Shown here: positions 50,610 through 61,100 of the stretch, one piece after another
Layout: each line of letters opens with the position of its first letter
Position numbering within the stretch: the stretch's first letter is position 1
Source of the DNA: Macrostomum lignano
Taxonomy: Eukaryota
Reading direction: 5' to 3'
DNA: 64,000 bases
Assembly: GCA_002269645.1 (NCBI GenBank)
Contig: NIVC01000594.1
Location: 454,011-518,010 of the forward strand
The notes under the pieces: model-generated
The model's input: the letters and a program-made list of their open reading frames with translations, nothing else
What the model was told of the DNA's origin: nothing
Database searches by the model: none
Position numbers and translations under genes: made by a program

Positions 50610-53600
50610 TCAATCAGTTGAAACGCCAAACGTGACAACCTGTTTGGCAATGCCGCACATGTTGAGGCCCTGGGCGATCTGCAGGTAGCCTGACATGCCC
50701 CAGTCGGAGCCCCAGGAGTTACGCACCAGATAGAATGGCACAATATCGCTAGTTAGATCGTAGCCAACAATCTGAACGGCGTGATTCAACTGGGTGTCGC
50801 AGTTGTGCACGATGGTGCCGTCTACGTAGTATTGCCACATGTGACCGTCCACTGCCACGGCAGCGGTGCCGCGGCGCCACAGATGGTCAGGGAGGGCGTC
50901 CTCGTTCGATACCATGCTGACAAGAAGCCGGTGACACGAGTGATAGGGCTGGTAAAACTGGGTCTACCGTAAAACGACAATTGACATTCTACTGTAAGTG
51001 ACAATTGACTACCAGTTGAGATTTGACTGTCAGTGAAAAATAACGGAGGACATACATGTAGATTACATTTAGATGGTGGCTAATGTTAATGCCATAGGAT
51101 GCTATATATTCATATAATCTTAAGTCTTGGTAGGTTTAGTTCAGTTAGAGGCAGGGGCTTGTGTGCACCCTGGCACACTTTAAGCGACATTGTCGTCACA
51201 CAACCGGCAAGAGGCATTACTGCCCATTCCGCCGACTCCCCTGAGCAGGCGCACAAGCGCGCGGATAGGTACGCAGTCACACGCACAGGCACACACACAG
51301 GAGTGTACAGCGGCCCTAAACTTTATTTATCGTTAGGGGCATGTACACTTCACTGTGCCTTGGGGGTTGGCTCTCAAGGCTGTTAATTGCACGAGCCGAG
51401 CCAAGCCGAGATTCCAATTCAGCCCCAAATTAATGCGACTGCACTTGGAATCGAGCCTGGGCCGCTGGCACACCAGAGCGCTGCGCCAGACCACTGGGCT
51501 ACGGCCCCCGCAAGTCTTGGCAATATGTGGCTAAGGGTCACTGACAGTCAAGTATCCTCGGCAGTAAAATTCTTACAATCAATATGATATTTATCGTATA
51601 ATCCCATTAAAGCTTGACAATAAATTATATAAACAAAAAAGCTGTCGATCGCAACTCACTTCCGACACAGCACATTAGTAGTGCCAACCTGATAGCCACC
51701 AGTAACCTGTCGGCAGGGCTCGTTTTTGCCAACATACGGATAGAGACTGTCTTGAACGATTCTTTTGCCACCTCCCTGCTGATGAAAGCAAAATAGAAAT
51801 GTCAGATTAAGCGTCTGAATGTTTATAGATGAATCAGCTGTTTTCGAGTTTTTGTTTAGTAATTGAAAGAGCTTGATTGTGTCATTCAATTTTAAACTTG
51901 TTTAATAAAAAATCACAACAATGCAGTCGTAATGGATCTTGTACAAGATTCAGTTTAGACTACTGAGAGAAGTAGACGAATAAAAATGCGTATCGTAAAA
52001 TCTCGCACATAACTAGAAATGATTCACTGACGAAGGCAAACAAGTCAAAAGTCAGGTCTCAGTCTGCCTGCACGAGGTTCGACCCCCCCCCCCGCTTTTA
52101 GTGTGTCACTGTTCGCTTTCACAAACTCGAAATTTCATATTTCATCGAATTGGGCAAAAGCTCGAAACTTTACACCAATAAAATTGACTAAATCAGAAAA
52201 CTCCTCGTCCTGGACGATGTGAAACTTCGAGCTTGTGAAATTAAAGTTTATACAAAGTTTATATCGCTACTCACTGAGTAGTATGAAGCGGTGTGACAGA
52301 TATCGCCGCCGCCGCAGCCGGCGGAACCAGACGTACAATCTGTCACCTGTTGCACGCTTAAATCGGTTAGCGGGCCGTAAGCTCCGGCGGCAAATTCGCT
52401 CTCGGCCACTTCAGTAACTGCGAATGCCCAGCAGGCACCGCAGGCGCCCTGATTCTTCACTTTGGTCACGTCTTTAGAGTCGCGCCTGAGTACCATTTAT
52501 TTGAGAAATACACGAAGAAGGACACGTACAATAATTACTATTTAATTTGTTATTCATAGTAATCGGATTTTAATTAAAACTACATAACCTATAAAAATCC
52601 CACATCGCTAATCGGGATTTTCGATATTAACTGGATAGCGAAAAATTCTGCCTTAAATTCAAAGATTTGAATGTTTACGAATCAAAAAGGATCGCGGTGA
52701 TCGTGAAGTAAGCGGACTTTTTAATGGCCTACACTTTGCAAGCACTTCAGGGGTTATTCGATTTGAAATTGTTGGCCCAACACGGTCGATAAAATTGGGG
52801 TTGGTAAAGAGCAGACAGATTGAATTAGCGGGCTTGCTTTCGATTAACAAACGCTTAGCCCCAGTAGTCCCTTCCCACCATTCTAAGCCCCCCTCGACCA
52901 GCCCCCCCCCCCCCACAGAGCTGTAGCTATTAGCTGTTTTTTTACTACACTCATATTCTGCCCGGCGCGTGTGGTGGGGGTGGGCGTGGCTGGGCGTGTG
53001 AGATTATCGATTTTTCTGGGTCACCGCTAAAATCAACAAACGTTTGGGTTTATCGCTGATTCTTCTAGCCAATAACCAAGGCCCTTACCAAAATTTAAAA
53101 AATGTTTGTTTAGTAGGACCAATAAGGCTGTACTCGTAACTATAAAGCTGTACTATGATTGGCTGTTACAATTAGTCAACAAGAATTGCTCGCCGCTTTT
53201 AGGCTCTGTAACGTAACTTTGTAATTCCAAAATTGAGAAAATAACCTAAAATATAGGATTTAATAAACTTACCAATCAATGCGATTCGGACGGGCTTCAA
53301 ATGAGAGCACATCGGGCGAAACAAAATCGGATCTCTTTTTACGCAATCCGTCGATCTTGGGCTCCGTTCCCTCGTTATTGACCTTTGTAGCACTGGCATT
53401 CACAATCAGAGACGATAGGTAGCGCTCTAAATAATACAATAAAGAAATGACGCAGACTACTGATTTTATATATAACTCATAACAAACATTTCTAATGCAT
53501 TTGACAATATTGGATGCACATGAAATAAAAATAAAAATTTTACAAGCTCATTATAAATATCAAAGTGATTTGGAAGAGTTATAATTGACAATTACATTTA

Positions 53601-54467
53601 GTCGAAATGACGAAATTCTATAGATTATTACTTCACTCAATGATATTGAATTGCGTTACAGTTAATATTCCTGCAACAGAATTTATAGGAGCAATCGATA
53701 CTTTTAAGCTATAAGAAATTTATTCTCAGTGCAGAGATTTGCTGGCAAGAAGGCAATCACATAGCAGGTTTGAACTGTGCTTTTTTATAATCAGAAGAAA
53801 TATATTGATCGCGAGTCAGTCAATAAATTCATCAGCAGGTACGTAGCAGCAAGCTTGATGCTTAAATCTAATTACCGCGAAATTCAGTTGGGCTTAGATG
53901 CATAAACTTGGTAATGCCATATCTAGCGGCGCCTTTGATGCCGCCACTGGGCTCTTTGCCCAATAGGCGAGCCTCTATGAGAGTAGCCACTGTTTGCAAA
54001 TTTTCCTGTTTTAGTAATAAAAAGTGCCATCTAGTCAGTCATAAATTAAAGATCCAGATAAGGTAAAAACAGATAAAAAGGGTCCATTTAAAAGAAGTTA
54101 CAAGACAATTAAATTTAATTACCCAAAATATCTGCTGGCGTTTAGATAGGCCACTAGCTAGGCCATCGGCGGCGTCAATCTTCGCGCCCAAATCGATGTA
54201 CTTTTTGAATAAACACGCCGCCACGCCGTGCGACAAGCAGCGCCTACCCAGGCCTAATTTAGTGCACCAACCAATTAACTGATACAGATGATCGTTTAAA
54301 GGCAGGCTAGCGTTGCAAATACCGGCATGAAACTGACGACTATTTTCCTCTGTGAGATGCTCATTATCAATTCCGAAGAGTCTTCTGTGCCTGCTGGCAG
54401 TGACTCCAGAATGACACAAAAATACGATAATTAGTGCGAGTAATAGATTTCTTTGCTGCCAGGCCAT
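50610..54467 (-). CDS. CTSO: Papain-family (C1A) cysteine protease, cathepsin O-like (~421 aa)
   Basis: Exons 54467-54123, 54005-53876, 53426-53273, 52485-52275, 51778-51660 (NAGNAG alternative 51775) and 50916-50610. Signal peptide; I29-like KRQQIFWENL and YGITKFMHLSPTEF; IDW|R; NQGACGACWAF; LSVQQVTDC; LNHAVQIVG; RNSWG. Catalytic Q/C/H/N all intact. Confidence 0.9.
51131..51511 (-). mobile_element. tRNA-derived SINE (~380 bp) in the last cathepsin intron
   Basis: Minus-strand head GGGGGCCGTAGCCCAGTGG (A box) ... GGCTCGATTCC (B box). 9-bp TSD AAGTCTTGG at 51122-51130 and 51512-51520. Confidence 0.8.
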
Positions 54468-55081
54468 GAATAGTTGGCTGAAAAAGATTTAACAGTATTC
54501 GATATTTTTCGATACTTCGCAAAACAAAAATCCGTTAGAAAAAAGAAACTTTAAAAACTTAACTATTTAATTTTGACACTACTGGCTACTGCCCCTCCAT
54601 CTAGTCTTGAATAGAACAAGTTTATCATCAGGTATAAGTGCACCCACACCAGTCGCTTAACCGAAATAAATCAAACCGAATCAGCCGAACCAAGCCCAAA
54701 CCCAAGCCATAGAAAAAATCGATTCATTTGCTATTCTTATTAAAATAGAGACGTTGGTGATGGGGGCGGGTCGCAGCTGTGCAGGCGCTTAAGTGGGATT
54801 GGCTGAACTATCGATTTAAATAATTTTGTTTTTTAACTTGGAAGGGTGGGAGGGGCTGAGGGGTGATTTGAGGTGTTAAGTAACCACGACCATAGACACT
54901 TAAGCGAAGACAGGGTGCACTGAATGTATATAAGCTGTTATTTCCCTTCCTAAATCATTTTCTTTACCCCCCCCGCAGTTTGACTAGAAGAGAGACTTAA
55001 CGCCTTAACAGCCTAAAGCTTCTGGCTCAAGCTCAGTTCTTTTCTTCACTGAAAACAAACAAAAAACAAAGTCCAAAAAGG
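54468..55081. promoter_or_regulatory. Probable bidirectional promoter between the CTSO-like (-) and CPEB1-like (+) genes
   Basis: Divergent ATGs 614 bp apart. An acceptor-like CCCCCCCCGCAG at ~54978 suggests a 5'-UTR intron or trans-splice site. Confidence 0.5.
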
Positions 55082-56449
55082 ATGAACGGCCAACAGCCTT
55101 ACTTTCCGACGCAGCTAGGAAACGTTGGATTTGCGGACTTGGCAGCGTATCAATATCTGCCGGCTGCCTACCTCGCCCATCTGCCACAGCCGACTCTGCT
55201 GCCTGCAACACTACCAACGTCACAGGTGCCGCCGTCACAGTCAGCGCCAACACCAATCTATACGGGCAACGACTTTGGCAGCAATCAAATCACTTCAATC
55301 GCTCCAACGACGCAGACAAAAAATGAAACTCGTCTTCCAACATCAGAGGATGAAAATTCTGCCGGAGCCGCTGCCGCCACAAATTCTAACTGGTCGGTCG
55401 ACGAACTGGTTAATCAGCTACTTGCGTCGGTTGATCCTGGGGCTTGGTCATCATGGGGTCTCAATCCCGAGAACAGTCTAAGCGGCGCTGGTGACGGCTT
55501 TAGTAGCGCTACTACGGAGATTCAAACCTCTAGTGAAAACAGCGCCACGAGCTTTGATAGCGGCCACAATGGAACAAACCGTGCTCGCAGACCGAAGCCA
55601 ACACCTAATAGAAGCGAAAAAGAAGCTGTTTGGACTGGCACTATGCCAGTTCGCGTTTACAAGAATGCTAGATTCTCGCAAAAGGTATTTGTCGGCGGCC
55701 TACCGTTGATGGCTAAACCTGGCGAATTACAGAAGGCCTTCAGCGCCCTCGGTAGCACTCGAGTTATTTTGCCGAAAACAAAGAGTCCAACGGGAAGCAA
55801 CCAGATCTACGGCTATTGCCACATCGTTCTTAAGGATGGCAAGTATGTCAAGAGGCTTCTGAGCCGGTGCCAGAAGAACGTCGACAATCCTGACGATTCT
55901 ATCATGATGATAGTGCAGAGCTACGAATACTTCTATGAGCTGCAGCTCAGCAACGTCAAGAAGAACGTTCAGATCATACCTTGGTGCATCAATGATTCTC
56001 ACTACACCCACCAGATGAACAGCGGCGGTGAAAAGCACGTTGTCTTTGTCGGCGCGCTGCACGGCATCATGACGGCGGAGTTCCTTGGGCGCGTGATGTC
56101 CGACCTATTTGGAAACATTGAGTTCGTCACGTTGGACACAGACCGTTGCGATTATCCGATCGGCAGCGCTAGAGTGGGCTTCACCAGCCGCGAGTCCTAC
56201 ATGAAAGCGCTGAAGACGAACTTTGTTAAGATCAAGACCAGCCGTTTCACCAAGGTTGTGCAAATCGAGCCCTACTTGGAGGACTGCGCCTGCTCCATGT
56301 GCGCTCAACGCATCGGTGTCAACTTCTGCAAGTCTGAGATGTGCTTCCGCTACTATTGCGCTCAGTGCTGGGAGCGCGTACACGACGGCCTGGACAGCCA
56401 TAGCATGCTGGAGCACCAGAAGCTGAACAAGAAACGTCAGGAAGAGTAG
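55082..56449 (+). CDS. CPEB1: Cytoplasmic polyadenylation element-binding protein, CPEB1/Orb subfamily, divergent; single-exon CDS, 455 aa
   Basis: WTG.MP..., S.KVFVGGLP (RRM1), VQIIPW, VFVGALHG.MTAE.L..VM.DLFG (RRM2), D...YPIGSARV.F, VQIEPYLED, and ZZ domain C..C...C....C....C..C....H...H. Confidence 0.92.
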   Translation: MNGQQPYFPTQLGNVGFADLAAYQYLPAAYLAHLPQPTLLPATLPTSQVPPSQSAPTPIYTGNDFGSNQITSIAPTTQTKNETRLPTSEDENSAGAAAATNSNWSVDELVNQLLASVDPGAWSSWGLNPENSLSGAGDGFSSATTEIQTSSENSATSFDSGHNGTNRARRPKPTPNRSEKEAVWTGTMPVRVYKNARFSQKVFVGGLPLMAKPGELQKAFSALGSTRVILPKTKSPTGSNQIYGYCHIVLKDGKYVKRLLSRCQKNVDNPDDSIMMIVQSYEYFYELQLSNVKKNVQIIPWCINDSHYTHQMNSGGEKHVVFVGALHGIMTAEFLGRVMSDLFGNIEFVTLDTDRCDYPIGSARVGFTSRESYMKALKTNFVKIKTSRFTKVVQIEPYLEDCACSMCAQRIGVNFCKSEMCFRYYCAQCWERVHDGLDSHSMLEHQKLNKKRQEE

Positions 56450-58162
56450 AGAGCAAAGACGTAAGCAGCGAAGTTTGAAGGGGCTGAAACTTGCTAAGGG
56501 TTCACTAATTATCAACCTTGATTCAAACGCTGTTGCTGAAAAACTCGAAAGCTTTTTCTGAAATAGTTCCGGCATCTTTTTAACTATTTAAAAATGTTTT
56601 TAGACGAATGCGGTTATTTATATAGCACATTCTATACTCTATAGTAGCAACTACTACAGGCTCAGTAGGAAAATTTATTGTCATTTTTAAAGTTTTCTTA
56701 TTAGCCTTCTTAACCAAAAGCACCCTTTATAAAGATGTTAGCACTCCGAAAAATAGTTTTATGCCAAATTAAAGTAAAAATCCCAACTAAAATATTTTAT
56801 CCTCATTCTCATGTTTTCTGCTTAAGCCTATTATTTGCAGTTATGGTTTAACGACAAGCAAGCAGGTTTTATCCTATTAAACATTGTGCGCCAACATTTG
56901 TTAAACGTATTGCTTTTCACGTGCTTATTCTATGCTAAATTAACCATTTTTTTATAATTTATTAATCTGTTACGCACCAGATGTGCTTTTTTCAGTACCA
57001 AACCATCTTTATTATTTTTTTCTTACTCGCCCTAGATTCGACTGCCTAAACATTGCTGTTATCCGTTTGTTGCTAATAATTTTAATCGGTAGAATATTGT
57101 TTTTTTCTGCATATTTTAGTTTTACCAACGCAAAATTGTCATTTGTCTAAAGTTTTTATTAATATTTGCTAAATGTTTTACCGGAAGCCAAAAATAGTCT
57201 GTTTTTACTAGATTTTCCACCCCTGTTTAGCAAAGCTTCAATGATTTTTTGATGTTTCTGCCAGAATTTATTGATAATTCTAAATTAATATAAACTAACA
57301 ACAAAATCGCCTAAGCTTCAAGTTTCGTTTCTAATCAGAAGCAAAATTGTCTGTTACTCAGTTTCTGTTTCGAAGATAAAATAAAAAAACGAAACACCTT
57401 GGGTTAATCATTTTTTATTCAAAAACCAATTGATTTGGTTGATAGCGAGAAACCTCATTCAATATTATTGAACAATCAAGTGAAACAGAAATGAACAATC
57501 AACCAGATTAAATAAGCGCAGGTAGGTAGCGAAGTTTTACAATTTGGGTAGCCGTGATTAGATTTCTTGGGCAGACTGCGACCAGAAGAAATGCAGAAGT
57601 TGAGCACAACAACTCAATCATTAAAAGCACTTTTAAATGGGACCGGAAAATGTTTCAAAAGCCAGTTGCTTTCAGAAAATGCAATAGAAAGGTTTTTCAT
57701 TTTAAAACACTACGAGACAATTACTAGACAGATTTTACCGATTTCAATTTAATCCATGTAATTACGTCACAACTGCTTTTTATCTCCGTTGTGCATTTCA
57801 TCCCAGCGAAGGCTGAGGTGCCGGATTTTTAAGAATAGGCGGAGAGACAATTAAGACCAGCGTAATTGGGGTGGTGGGTTTGGGTGTACATTGGCTGTGT
57901 ACATTCGCGATAAGGTATAATAAACAATTAACGGACTAGATCTCTCTGCTCTGCAAGGGTTGAGAATAACGCTAGCGGAGTCAGGGGCTTAGCCAGGATT
58001 TTCGATTAGGTCTTTGAAGGGCTGGACATTCATTTAAACAAACGTAAATAATGATGGATTTTCAATAAAAAACTGGATTTCTATCGCATTTTCCAACCTT
58101 CAATCCAAAATTAGAAGTTTTTAAGCATTCTCTATTTTAGTTACTATAAGAAGTGAGGCTGC

Positions 58163-61100
58163 TCAATTAGCAGCGAACCTGCTGTTATCCAAGCAGGTGG
58201 ACAGACTAAACAGTCGCAATCGATTTTCAACATTCTGATCGGTCTCGTCTTCGCTGTAAGTTGACGAACTGGACGAACTGGCGTCAGCTAGCATTGAACG
58301 GATGTGGCGCTGGCCGGAACAGGTGGCCAGAACCGGACAGGTGGGACTGAGCGACACCGTGTTGCAAGCGTCGGCGTGCGCCTGCCATTCGGCGCAATAG
58401 TTGATCTCGCAATTGGTCGGCGCTGGCGGAGTCTTCAAATCGAATACCCGAACTCGGCCAGTGTAGCAGGGGCTGAGCAGGTAGCGGCCGCCCGGATCCA
58501 GATCGAACTGCAGCCGCTGATTGGTGGCCACAACCCGGCGCATTGTGGCCAGGATCACTCCGGGACGCCGGACATCCCAGCAGTGAATCTCGGGATCTTT
58601 GCGGCCGCCGCTGTATAGCAGATTGCCGCACGGCGAGAACTGCAGCTGGGTGACGCCGCCGAGCTGCGTGTGCGAGCGACACCAGAGCGGTTGGTGTTTG
58701 AGCATCGCATTGTGTCTTTCCGAATCCCGAATCCCTTTTCCCTATTTTTCTGCCCAGATCCCCAAATTTGTTTAATTCTCTTGCTAGGATATCTATACTT
58801 AAACTCGTTTCATTTTTCTAGCCCTAGATCCAGATTCCAGATCCTCAAATTCAAATATCAAATTTCCCATTCCAAATCCTCAAATCCCATTTCCCATTCC
58901 AGATCCTCAAATCCCATTTCTCATTCCAGATCCTCAAATCCCATTTCCCATTCCAGATCCTCAAATCCCATTTCTCATTCCAGATCCTCAAATCCCATTT
59001 CCCATTCCACATCCTCAAATCCAATTTCCCGATTCTTCAGTCCAGATCCCGAAATCCTAAAATCCTCAATTTTCTGATCCCTACCCCAGAGACCATAGAA
59101 ATCCCCATTGGATTCGATCCCCGCACTGACCTGGCCCCGCATGCAGGCCAGCATAGAGCCGGGCTCGGCAAACAGGCACACGGTGCGGTTGTAGCTGCCG
59201 CAGGCGTACACCCCAGGCCTGGCAGGGGTGCAGGCCAGAGCGGCGATGATGCCGCCTTGGCTTGGCTTCACACCGATCCGAGGCCGCCGCTCCGACTGCT
59301 TGCCCGGGCGGTGGATGTCGAACACGCGCAAATGTCGCTCGAAGCCGCAGTAGAGCCGGCTACCGTCGGGGCTGAACGCCAGGCTGTAGGGCGCCTGGAG
59401 TGGATCAGTTTTTAGGGAGAATAGTATCTGCTATGAGAGCTCATACGCTATGACTCCTATGAGATCTCACCATACGCGGTGGGAACTCACTCAAATGCCA
59501 TGAGATCTCACCATACGCGGTGGGAACTCACTCAAATGCCATGAGATCTCACCATACGCGGTGGGAACTCACTCAAATGCCATGAGATCTCACCATACGC
59601 GGTGGGAACTCACTCAAATGCCATGAGATGTCACCATACGCCGTGGGAACTCACTCAAATGCCATGAGATCTCACCATACGCGGTGGGAACTCATTCAAA
59701 TGCCATGAGATCTCACCATACGCGGTGGGAACTCATTAAAATGCTATGAGATCTTATCATACGCTATGGTATCTTCTTCAATTTCATTACATTAGATCTT
59801 ACCTGATGTCATGAGATCTCAGCCTGTGCCGAGATCTCAACCATAAAACAATATATTGGTTTGAGTCCGACACGAATACCGTAAGATCCTTAGAAAAAGA
59901 AATGGAATCACCCATGCCATGAGAACCCATCATAAGCTATGAGATCTTATTCCATGCCACAGAACCAGGGACCCAATTCCAGAGAGATCTCTCACTCTAT
60001 GCAGAATCTCACCTGCAGCTCGTCCAGATGATTATAAGGCGCATACTGCGCCCTCTGCTGGCCAGTGAAGGCGTCCCACAGTCGGACAGGATTGTCTCTG
60101 GAGCAAGCGGCGAAACAGCAGGTGTCCGGATCGGCCGAATTCATGCTGGGATACCTGCGATTGTTGGGCGCATTGGCGGATAAAGGGGGCTCGATGGTGT
60201 TGTAAGCAGTCAAAGTTTTCAGAGGCAATTTTCTGGGAAAGCGATTCTCTGAGGGGGCGATTCTCTGAGGGGGAGGGGGCGATTCTCTGAGGGGGGGCGA
60301 TTCTCTGGGGGGGGGCGATTCTCTGAGGGGGGGCGATTTTCTGAGGGGGGGGAGGCGATTCTCTGAGGGGGAGGGGGCGATTCTCTGAGGGGGGGGGGGC
60401 GATTCTCTGGGGGGGCGATTCTCTGAGGGGGGGGGGCGATTCTCTGAGGGGGAGGGGGCGATTCTCTGAGGGGGGGCGATTCTCTGGGGGGGGGGCGATT
60501 CTCTGGGGGGGGGCGATTATCTGAGGGGGGATTCTCTGAGGGGGGGGCGATTCTCTGAGGGGGGATTCTCTGAGGGGGGGGGGCGATTCTCTGGGGGGGC
60601 GCGATTCTCTGAGGGGGGGGGGCGATTCTCTGGGGGGGGGGCGATTCTCTCAGGGGGGGCGATTCTCTGGGGGGGCGATTCTCTGGGGGGGCGATTCTCT
60701 GAGGGGGGCGATTCTCTGGGGGGGCGATTCTCTGGGGGGGGCGATTCTCTGAGGGGGAGGGGGCGATTCTCTGAGGGGGGGGGGCGATTCTCTAAGAGAC
60801 GATTCTTGAGAGGTGATTCTCTGAAGGGGGGGGGCGATTCTTTGCAAGGCGATTCTCTGAGAGGGCGAGAATCTGAGGGGAGGGCGATTCTTGAGAGGTG
60901 ATTTTCTGAAGGTGGGGGCGATTCTTCGAAAAATATTCAAGATTCAATTTATTGAGAAGCGATTCTTCTAGAGGCGATTCTTAAACGAGTATTTCAGGGG
61001 TAATTCTTCCATTGCAGATTTGTCAAACCTACCAGCACATATCGTAGATCAGATCAGACTCGGGCATGTTCACCACAGGCTGCCAGCCACCTTCAGCAGC

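Noticed and set aside
52060-52100. B-box-like GGTTCGACCCC as a tRNA gene or SINE
   Set aside because: No A box or cloverleaf could be identified.
52659-52916. Candidate cathepsin propeptide exon (SPRSF resembling PASFDW)
   Set aside because: The exon at 53426-53273 ends in IDW with a GTAAGT donor and the correct phase, making this one unnecessary.
54039-54467. Independent small secreted Cys-rich protein
   Set aside because: A GT donor at 54122 splices in phase to the cathepsin propeptide exon, so it is exon 1 of the CTSO-like gene.
56450-57300. CPE elements (TTTTAT) in the CPEB1 3' UTR suggesting autoregulation
   Set aside because: Expected by chance in such T-rich sequence, and the transcript end is unknown.
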